From NCBI GenBank assembly GCA_964057225.1, contig OZ059895.1, positions 13,206,001-13,270,000 of the forward strand: a stretch of 64,000 bases of DNA. Direction: 5' to 3'. The translations under genes and the position numbers were made by a program. The notes under the pieces are model-generated. The model was not told the DNA's origin. It saw nothing but the letters and a program-made list of their open reading frames with translations, and searched no databases. Below are positions 28,701 to 39,800 of this stretch, in pieces. Source of the stretch: Auanema rhodensis. Taxonomy: Eukaryota; Animalia; Nematoda. Within the stretch, counting starts at the first letter, position 1, and every line of letters starts with the position of its first letter.

Positions 28701-31700
28701 TATTTCCTATTGAAACAAACATTGTTTTAACACTATACAACTGTGAAACCTTTTTTAATTTATTGTATTTGGTGCTCATAAGATTTGATATCATCGAGGA
28801 ATTTAGATGTAACGTAGAAAATTACATAACTAACATGAAATTGGAAAAAAAACAATAACGAGGATAAGTATGTAAATCATTGAATATCAGGTATTTTCGC
28901 TTACGACCATACCACGTTGAAAGTACGCCATCCTGTCCGATCTGGCAAGTCAAGCAACGTTGGGCCCGGTTAGTACTTGGATCGGAGACGGCTTGGGAAT
29001 CCCGGGTGCCGTAAGCTTTTCAATTTTTTTTAACGATCATACCACGTTGAAAGTACGCAATGCAGCTGATTTTCAATTTTATCTCTTCCGTAACAAATGT
29101 TTTTAATTTTCTAGCAGTTTTACTTAGATAGCTCAACCCGAGGCATCAAAATATCTTCAATCTTATTTCTATATTACAGTTATAAACCAGTAGTTTATGA
29201 ACCTTCATCTTAACTTTACTGTTTCTATCTATTTCCTATTGAAACAAACATTGTTTTAACACTATACAACTGTGAAACCTTTTTTAATTTATTGTATTTG
29301 GAGCTCATAAGATTTGATATCATCGAGGAATTTAGATGTAACGTAGAAAACTACATAACTAACATGAAATTGGAAAAAAAACAATAACGAGGATAAGTAT
29401 GTAAATCATTGAATATCAGGTATTTTCGCTTACGACCATACCACGTTGAAAGTACGCCATCCCGTCCGATCTGGCAAGTCAAGCAACGTTGGGCCCGGTT
29501 AGTACTTGGATCGGAGACGGCTTGGGAATCCCGGGTGCCGTAAGCTTTTCAAATTTTTTTAACGGTCATACCACGTTGAAAGTACGCCGTGCAGCTGATT
29601 TTCAATTTTATCTCTTCCGTAACAAATGTTTTTAATTTTCTAGCAGTTTTACTTAGATAGCTCAACCCAAGGCATCAAAATATCTTCAATCTTATTTCTA
29701 TATTACAGTTATAAACCAGTAGTTTATGAACCTTCATCTTAACTTTACTGTTTCTATCTATTTCCTATTGAAACAAACATTGTTTTAACACTATACAACT
29801 GTGAAACCTTTTTTAATTTATTGTATTTGGAGCTCATAAGATTTGATATCATCGAGGAATTTAGATGTAACGTAGAAAATTACATAACTAACATGAAATT
29901 AGAAAAAAAACAATAACGAGGATAAGTATGTAAATCATTGAATATCAGATATTTTCGCTTACGACCATACCACGTTGAAAGTACGCCATCCCGTCCGATC
30001 TGGCAAGTCAAGCAACGTTGGGCCCGGTTAGTACTTGGATCGGAGACGGCTTGGGAATCCCGGGTGCCGTAAGCTTTTCAAATTTTTTTAACGATCATAC
30101 CACGTTGAAAGTACGCCGTGCAGCTGATTTTCAATTTTATCTCTTCCGTAACAAATGTTTTTAATTTTCTAGCAGTTTTACTTAGATAGCTCAACCCAAG
30201 GCATCAAAATATCTTCAATCTTATTTCTATATTACAGTTATAAACCAGTAGTTTATGAACCTTCATCTTAACTTTACTGTTTCTATCTATTTCCTATTGA
30301 AACAAACATTGTTTTAACACTATACAACTGTGAAACCTTTTTTAATTTATTGTATTTGGTGCTCATAAGATTTGATATCATCGAGGAATTTAGATGTAAC
30401 GTAGAAAATTACATAACTAACATGAAATTGGAAAAAAAACAATAACGAGGATAAGTATGTAAATCATTGAATATCAGGTATTTTCGCTTACGACCATACC
30501 ACGTTGAAAGTACGCCATCCTGTCCGATCTGGCAAGTCAAGCAACGTTGGGCCCGGTTAGTACTTGGATCGGAGACGGCTTGGGAATCCCGGGTGCCGTA
30601 AGCTTTTCAATTTTTTTTAACGATCATACCACGTTGAAAGTACGCAATGCAGCTGATTTTCAATTTTATCTCTTCCGTAACAAATGTTTTTAATTTTCTA
30701 GCAGTTTTACTTAGATAGCTCAACCCAAGGCATCAAAATATCTTCAATCTTATTTCTATATTACAGTTATAAACCAGTAGTTTATGAACCTTCATCTTAA
30801 CTTTACTGTTTCTATCTATTTCCTATTGAAACAAACATTGTTTTAACACTATACAACTGTGAAACCTTTTTTAATTTATTGTATTTGGAGCTCATAAGAT
30901 TTGATATCATCGAGGAATTTAGATGTAACGTAGAAAATTACATAACTAACATGAAATTGGAAAAAAAACAATAACGAGGATAAGTATGTAAATCATTGAA
31001 TATCAGGTATTTTCGCTTACGACCATACCACGTTGAAAGTACGCCATCCCGTCCGATCTGGCAAGTCAAGCAACGTTGGGCCCGGTTAGTACTTGGATCG
31101 GAGACGGCTTGGGAATCCCGGGTGCCGTAAGCTTTTCAATTTTTTTTAACGATCATACCACGTTGAAAGTACGCAATGCAGCTGATTTTCAATTTTATCT
31201 CTTCCGTAACAAATGTTTTTAATTTTCTAGCAGTTTTACTTAGATAGCTCAACCCAAGGCATCAAAATATCTTCAATCTTATTTCTATATTACAGTTATA
31301 AACCAGTAGTTTATGAACCTTCATCTTAACTTTACTGTTTCTATCTATTTCCTATTGAAACAAACATTGTTTTAACACTATACAACTGTGAAACCTTTTT
31401 TAATTTATTGTATTTGGAGCTCATAAGATTTGATATCATCGAGGAATTTAGATGTAACGTAGAAAATTACATAACTAACATGAAATTGGAAAAAAAACAA
31501 TAACGAGGATAAGTATGTAAATCATTGAATATCAGGTATTTTCGCTTACGACCATACCACGTTGAAAGTACGCCATCCCGTCCGATCTGGCAAGTCAAGC
31601 AACGTTGGGCCCGGTTAGTACTTGGATCGGAGACGGCTTGGGAATCCCGGGTGCCGTAAGCTTTTCAATTTTTTTTAACGATCATACCACGTTGAAAGTA

Positions 31701-34700
31701 CGCAATGCAGCTGATTTTCAATTTTATCTCTTCCGTAACAAATGTTTTTAATTTTCTAGCAGTTTTACTTAGATAGCTCAACCCAAGGCATCAAAATATC
31801 TTCAATCTTATTTCTATATTACAGTTATAAACCAGTAGTTTATGAACCTTCATCTTAACTTTACTGTTTCTATCTATTTCCTATTGAAACAAACATTGTT
31901 TTAACACTATACAACTGTGAAACCTTTTTTAATTTATTGTATTTGGAGCTCATAAGATTTGATATCATCGAGGAATTTAGATGTAACGTAGAAAATTACA
32001 TAACTAACATGAAATTGGAAAAAAAACAATAACGAGGATAAGTATGTAAATCATTGAATATCAGATATTTTCGCTTACGACCATACCACGTTGAAAGTAC
32101 GCCATCCCGTCCGATCTGGCAAGTCAAGCAACGTTGGGCCCGGTTAGTACTTGGATCGGAGACGGCTTGGGAATCCCGGGTGCCGTAAGCTTTTCAAATT
32201 TTTTTAACGATCATACCACGTTGAAAGTACGCCGTGCAGCTGATTTTCAATTTTATCTCTTCCGTAACAAATGTTTTTAATTTTCTAGCAGTTTTACTTA
32301 GATAGCTCAACCCAAGGCATCAAAATATCTTCAATCTTATTTCTATATTACAGTTATAAACCAGTAGTTTATGAACCTTCATCTTAACTTTACTGTTTCT
32401 ATCTATTTCCTATTGAAACAAACATTGTTTTAACACTATACAACTGTGAAACCTTTTTCAATTTATTGTATTTGGAGCTCATAAGATTTGATATCATCGA
32501 GGAATTTAGATGTAACGTAGAAAATTACATAACTAACATGAAATTGGAAAAAAAACAATAACGAGGATAAGTATGTAAATCATTGAATATCAGGTATTTT
32601 CGCTTACGACCATACCACGCTGAAAGTACGCCATCCCGTCCGATCTGGCAAGTCAAGCAACGTTGGGCCCGGTTAGTACTTGGATCGGAGACGGCTTGGG
32701 AATCCCGGGTGCCGTAAGCTTTTCAAATTTTTTTAACGATCATACCACGTTGAAAGTACGCAATGCAGCTGATTTTCAATTTTATCTCTTCCGTAACAAA
32801 TGTTTTTAATTTTCTAGCAGTTTTACTTAGATAGCTCAACCCAAGGCATCAAAATATCTTCAATCTTATTTCTATATTACAGTTATAAACCAGTAGTTTA
32901 TGAACCTTCATCTTAACTTTACTGTTTCTATCTATTTCCTATTGAAACAAACATTGTTTTAACACTATACAACTGTGAAACCTTTTTTAATTTATTGTAT
33001 TTGGAGCTCATAAGATTTGATATCATCGAGGAATTTAGATGTAACGTAGAAAATTACATAACTAACATGAAATTGGAAAAAAAAACAATAACGAGGATAA
33101 GTATGTAAATCATTGAATATCAGATATTTTTGCTTACGACCATACCACGTTGAAAGTACGCCATCCCGTCCGATCTGGCAAGTCAAGCAACGTTGGGCCC
33201 GGTTAGTACTTGGATCGAAGACGGCTTGGGAATCCCGGGTGCCGTAAGCTTTTCAAATTTTTTTAACGATCATACCACGTTGAAAGTACGCCATGCAGCT
33301 GATTTTTAATTTTATCTCTTCCGTAACAAATGTTTTCAATTTTCCAGCAGTTTTACTTAGATAGCTCAACCCAAGGCAGCGAATTATCTCTAATCTTATT
33401 CCTATATTACAGTTATAAACCAGTAGTTTATGAACCTTCATCTTAACTTTACTGTTTCTATCTATTTCCTTTTGAAACAAACATTGTTTTAACACTATAC
33501 AACTGTGAAACCTTTTTTAATTTATTGTATTTGGAGCTCATAAGATTTGATATCATCGAGGAATTTAGATGTAACGTAGAAAATTACATAACTAACATGA
33601 AATTGGAAAAAAAACAATAACGAGGATAAGTATGTAAATCATTGAATATCAGGTATTTTCGCTTACGACCATACCACGTTGAAAGTACGCCATCCCGTCC
33701 GATCTGGCAAGTCAAGCAACGTTGGGCCCGGTTAGTACTTGGATCGGAGACGGCTTGGGAATCCCGGGTGCCGTAAGCTTTTCAATTTTTTTTAACGATC
33801 ATACCACGTAGAAAGTACGCAATGCAGCTGATTTTCAATTTTATCTCTTCCGTAACAAATGTTTTTAATTTTCTAGCAGTTTTACTTAGATAGCTCAACC
33901 CAAGGCATCAAAATATCTTCAATCTTATTTCTATATTACAGTTATAAACCAGTAGTTTATGAACCTTCATCTTAACTTTACTGTTTCTATCTATTTCCTA
34001 TTGAAACAAACATTGTTTTAACACTATACAACTGTGAAACCTTTTTTAATTTATTGTATTTGGAGCTCATAAGATTTGATATCATCGAGGAATTTAGATG
34101 TAACGTAGAAAATTACATAACTAACATGAAATTGGAAAAAAAACAATAACGAGGATAAGTATGTAAATCATTGAATATCAGATATTTTCGCTTACGACCA
34201 TACCACGTTGAAAGTACGCCATCCCGTCCGATCTGGCAAGTCAAGCAACGTTGGGCCCGGTTAGTACTTGGATCGGAGACGGCTTGGGAATCCCGGGTGC
34301 CGTAAGCTTTTCAAATTTTTTTAACGATCATACCACGTTGAAAGTACGCCGTGCAGCTGATTTTCAATTTTATCTCTTCCGTAACAAATGTTTTTAATTT
34401 TCTAGCAGTTTTACTTAGATAGCTCAACCCAAGGCATCAAAATATCTTCAATCTTATTTCTATATTACAGTTATAAACCAGTAGTTTATGAACCTTCATC
34501 TTAACTTTACTGTTTCTATCTATTTCCTATTGAAACAAACATTGTTTTAACACTATACAACTGTGAAACCTTTTTTAATTTATTGTATTTGGTGCTCATA
34601 AGATTTGATATCATCGAGGAATTTAGATGTAACGTAGAAAATTACATAACTAACATGAAATTGGAAAAAAAACAATAACGAGGATAAGTATGTAAATCAT

Positions 34701-34718
34701 TGAATATCAGGTATTTTC

Positions 34719-34837
34719 GCTTACGACCATACCACGTTGAAAGTACGCCATCCTGTCCGATCTGGCAAGTCAAGCAACGTTGGGCCCGGTTAGTACTTGG
34801 ATCGGAGACGGCTTGGGAATCCCGGGTGCCGTAAGCT
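34719..34837 (+). rRNA. 5S rRNA (C36T variant, last copy before element A)
   Basis: 119-nt copy. Confidence 0.94.
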
Positions 34838-35183
34838 TTTCAATTTTTTTTAACGATCATACCACGTTGAAAGTACGCAATGCAGCTGATTTTCAATTTT
34901 ATCTCTTCCGTAACAAATGTTTTTAATTTTCTAGCAGTTTTACTTAGATAGCTCAACCCAAGGCATCAAAATATCTTCAATCTTATTTCTATATTACAGT
35001 TATAAACCAGTAGTTTATGAACCTTCATCTTAACTTTACTGTTTCTATCTATTTCCTATAGAAACAAACATTGTTTTAACACTATACAACTGTGAAACCT
35101 TTTTTAATTTATTGTATTTGGAGCTCATAAGATTTGATATCATCGAGGAATTTAGATGTAACGTAGAAAATTACATAACTAAC

Positions 35184-35608
35184 TGTTACATACATATCTC
35201 AAAGGAAAGCAGCTGACCATGGCAGCTGCTATTATTAAACTAATGCAGATAGTTTTTAAGCAATTCTGAGAATATTCTAGATGCACTTTTTATAAGCTTT
35301 GTAACAATTTGTGTAAACTGAGTAGGAGTTGTATGGATATATAAACCTGAGTCCTCAAGACTCAGGCATCTCATTATCTCATTATCTCATTATCTTACTT
35401 TCTCTTTATCTTCTTTATATTCTCTTTCTTAACTCTAGCTTAAATCTTTGTATAATTATATTATAATGCGAACAATAAACCTTTATATATTTGATCTCTT
35501 GTTTCTTATTTCACCTTACATTACACACTTATATTTAAAATCATACTCATCGTCTCATAATCTGTTTGGATATCTCAACTTGGAACCATTGAGAATCTAA
35601 ATGGAACG
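35184..35608 (+). repeat. Element A 5' LTR
   Basis: TGTTACAT...ATGGAACG; TATATAAA at ~35338-35345; AATAAA at ~35474; no differences seen against 47089-47513. Confidence 0.96.
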
Positions 35609-35626
35609 TGGAGGTTCCGCCGAGAT
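35609..35626 (+). promoter_or_regulatory. Primer-binding site, tRNA-Gln
   Basis: TGGAGGTTCCGCCGAGAT directly abuts the LTR and is complementary to the eukaryotic tRNA-Gln 3' end (ATCTCGGTGGAACCT-CCA) with one G.U pair. Confidence 0.88.
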
Positions 35627-36354
35627 CCTTCCTTTTGGACAGGATCTCGTAAAGGAACTCAAGCGCTACCGTCTACATCTCTTATTCAATTAAAAATCTT
35701 ATCTCTCTCTTAAAGTTAGCTTATAATATTTTCTTAAAAACTCTAAAACTTTTCTATTAAAAATTATATCCAAAAACTCTTTACAAAAACTCAGTCTTCC
35801 ATTCATTATATTCTCATAAAATTATTCATAAGAGTACTTATATCATTTATCATTCTCTCTATCCAAAATCCTATATACGAAAATTATTCAAATTCAATAA
35901 TTAACTTTTCTAAGAATTATAAGTTTATTTTCACATTTTTTGAACAAAAATAGTTAAGTTCTTTATAAAATTAATTTAGAATTAAGAAATAAAAAAAGAA
36001 TATTGCTTCTATACCTCTCAATCTTAATCATCTTATCATATTATCTGAATCTTCATCTTATCATACTATCTTAATCATCCTATCATACCATATTTTTATT
36101 ATTTTCTTTATGTTCGTTTATAAAACTATTATTCTTATGCTACTACACTGTATTCTCATAAACCCACCCCTTCCCCCCCCCCCCGTTATTTCATAAACAA
36201 GAAATCCCGTGTTAAACACGACAGTAAAAATATTTATTAGGCGCAGCGTATCCAAATTCCGATTACCTTAGCACCTGAAAATACGAAAAATAATTAAATT
36301 AATCAATAAGTTTTAACTCATACGCAAAAACCATCCCCCTCGTTAAGAATAATG

Positions 36355-36554
36355 CCAGACACTCAAGAGACTCGAGCGGAGGCCGACACTCAGGATAAGA
36401 CGTACGCCCCATGAAATAATTAGAGAATTTTTGAATTGAAATCTGCCCCACATTGATATAAATAATAAGAGTGGTCTCGCCATCATAGAGTCAGGGAGCA
36501 GGATGCAGAAGGCAGCTGACATACCTGTGACTCAGATAGGTTAATGAGGTCTGG
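36355..36554 (+). ncRNA. Structured cis-acting RNA domain in the element A leader (putative packaging or translation element)
   Basis: Helices CCAGAC-CTCA/TGAGGTCTGG, GAGAC+CACTC/GAGTGGTCTC, GAGTCA/TGACTC and GCAGG/CCTGT; equivalents in element B show compensatory changes. Confidence 0.7.
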
Positions 36555-36852
36555 GAAAATGAAATGATTGCGAAAATTCTATTTTGTATCCTTGTCCCAA
36601 AAGACTGGCGAACTATTAACTTTCATTTCATGCCTTTTTCACAATATAGAACTTGTCCCTTCGAAAAGGCACACTAGTTTCAAACCTGTGTTAGACCCGG
36701 ACAAGCTATATTGGTAAAGAGATTACTTGCAAGACTAGCTACCTTCATAAGAATCGCGCACACAAACCCAACATTATTCTTTACGTTTTTCTATATATAA
36801 AATTATTTCGGCACACGTTGGATATAACAAATTTCCTTACAGGATACCAACG

Positions 36853-39800
36853 ATGCTGCCCAATACTGGTCCAAAACCTCCGCTGGACCCTGCTGCCACT
36901 TCAAATATTATAAGAAGAAAAAGACAACCGCCCGCAACATATTCTCCCCCCTCTGCAAAACAAGCGAAGTTAAGCATTAAAACAAAGTCAATGGTAATAC
37001 ATACCCCAAGACATCGCGGCATTCAAAAACAATTCACCAATCCCAAATCACATGAAAAAACGAAGAAACAAAAAACAGACATAGTCGAAAGAAACACCTT
37101 AGAAAAGAAAATTATCCCAAACATTAAACCTATTCCTAAAAACATAGCAAGCAAAGGGAACCCTCAAAACCCCCCAACCAACACCATACCAAATACAATC
37201 AACCCAATCAATCCTTTAATAGCCACCCCTAGAAGAAGCAATACACCAACCACACAAAAATCACCTACGCCCGCACTTTCTTCAACCACACCCGCAGTAA
37301 GCTCATCCCCACCTCTACGAAACTCACCTTCATCCATTGATCATTCTACATCCGGGCATTCTCTATCTCCGTCTCTTCCATCGCAAACTAATCAAGCAAA
37401 TACTTTTGTTGCAGAAAACAAGAGAATTAACCCAAGAATGGACCCAATGGACGAAGGCGCACCACTTACGCAAACCTCGGGAAGGGCACCTGTTCCAACA
37501 CCTACAATCATCCCTCAACCAGCAGCGATTCCGTCCGCCATACGCGATATAAAAGCTCCACGCTACGATGGAAAAACACCATTCAACCGCTATCTACTAT
37601 ACCTAGATGAACACTTCAACGCTACAAGAACAACTATGCCCGAACGTCTTCAAAGCATACAATTATTGCTAGAAGATGATCGAGCAAGAGAAGCGTACAG
37701 AAAACTCACAACCGAAGATAAGCGACTTGGATGGGACCATGTCAAGAAGCGACTCTCAGAAATGATCACACCGGAAAAACAGAGAGAACGAGCAATGCAC
37801 CGCCTACATGGCTTGAAACAGTTACCAACGGAATCGGTACAAAGCTTTGCAACAAGATGTTCTAACGAAGCCTACTCGGCTATGGACATGAACAACGAAA
37901 GTGAGCTTAACATGCTCCGATCCACCTTCACCTGGGGACTAAGACCCGAAATAAGCGAACACGTTAGCCGTCTAGACCCACCAAACTTTGAGGAAGCTTA
38001 CGAAATGGCCTTACGAGAAGAACTCTTTATACAAAATAGACCACCATCGTTCGTCAACAATATGGAGAAGTCGTTCAACAACCTCAACATTCGAGACTCA
38101 AAGGACAACAATCAATACCAGAGAAACGAATCTAAGGATTTCAAAGGAACCAAACCGATGTATAATGGCAATGGCAAACCACACAACCGATATCCGGACA
38201 GATACAACAACCAATATCGGCCTCATCAACACCAATACAGGAACCATAACTCACGATTCTCTCAAAATAAGGGATCAAGACAAAACTACTTCGACAGATC
38301 ACGGAACAGAAGCCAAGAAAGACCATACTATCGAAACCGCGACCAAAACTATAGCGGACACAACAACCGGCGACAATCAAATAATCACGAACAATACCCC
38401 TCTCAATACAATCGAAGCCAATACAACAATTATAGAAGTCGCCCGCGCAGCACCTCCAATGGACCGGAACGGTATAGAGAACGCACACAGAGCCCAGGAG
38501 TACGTTTTCAAGTCAACAACGTCACGGAAAACAAAGTACCGAACAACAAAAGAAAATCAACACCATTCCTACCCCTTTTTATCACAATTATCGCACTCAT
38601 TATAAACACATGCAGTGCAGAAACAACGTACCAGTTATGCACAGGAAACAGAGGAGGAATATATGTCGAGCCGCCATCTCCAACAGCTTGCCGATCCACC
38701 GCACCAACTAATAACCATATCCAGAAGACAACAGCAGAATTGTTCATCCAAAACCTACAACCAAAAGAATGGGAAGCATGGAAATGTGCAATTGAAACTT
38801 ACCAACTCTGCATTCACGACGTTTTCTTCATCAGAGAAACTAATGTCTCACTAGCAAAAGTTTCACCAACAACACTGCAAGAATGTTCGTCAGCTATTAA
38901 AGAAAGAATATTCAACGGTACCAACCTTCAAAGAGAAGCACCAGGACTCTATGGAACTCCATTCCCAGAGACAACCATTACTAATGGTATATGGAAACAG
39001 GAATGCGAACAACGTACCAGATTCATAGCTGAACGAGGACACATGACCAGCCTACAAGACAATACAGTACTCTCAGATATATTCATAAACGACAACGGAT
39101 GCACCAGTGACAAAGGACAATGCCTAACCAACAACGCTCTCATCATATGGACCCCACCATCAGAAAAACATAGTTGCTCGTACACTTCATTAGGCTCTCA
39201 CGAAGTTTTTATATCAGAAGACACCATATTGATTCCCGGAATTCAAAGTGCTTTTATTCTAAACAATAAAACACCGGAAAAAGAAGCCTCCTCATGCTTA
39301 CAAAAAGATATATTTACTACAAATAGTGGAACTCTAATCTCCTTCAACTCAACCTCAAGCTTAGGACGATCAAGAAGACACGCAATCACGGAATACCCTA
39401 AAGGATTCTTGACAGTTCATCAATACCCCTCGCTAAGATATTCAGCCAGCAAAACCGGAACTATTCTACTATATACAACCTATATTCAACGGAAAAGACT
39501 TGACATCCATTACAATCTCAATAACATAACAAATATGTTACCTAAGTATATCGCAATCTTCAAATACCTAGGTATAAATTTTGATGTTATCAAAAATCGT
39601 CTTATATGGCACAAATATGAAGACGTCAACATAGCCATTCTACACGCCCTAGGAGAAGCAGAAATAAGAGAAGCAACAAAAATCGCGATCGATAATCTAT
39701 CGTATAAGGAACTTACGCATAAACTTAGCAAACGGATCACAATTAAGGATTTTAAGAAGATACTACCAACCAAAACAGGAGACTACTATGAAATCGCGAA

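Larger units (their letters stand above)
19577..35183 (+). repeat. 5S rDNA tandem array, right arm part 1 (28 full genes; deleted units at 23338-23736 and 25325-25723)
   Basis: Reverse complement of the left-arm unit; 5S starts at 19635, 20164, 20693 ... 34190, 34719. Confidence 0.97.

Noticed and set aside
16139-33495. Repeated 62-110 aa ORFs in the array (MTCQIGRDG..., MKVHKLL...)
   Set aside because: Antisense to 5S or spacer and open only when a T-run length or SNP happens to allow it; not genes.
1-35183. CRISPR-like repeat/spacer pattern from the 29-bp direct repeats
   Set aside because: Intervening sequences are identical between units, the context is eukaryotic and there are no cas genes.
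36352-36414. 20-codon upstream ORF (MPDTQETR...) in the element A leader
   Set aside because: The ATG is ATA in element B; conservation here is better explained by RNA structure.
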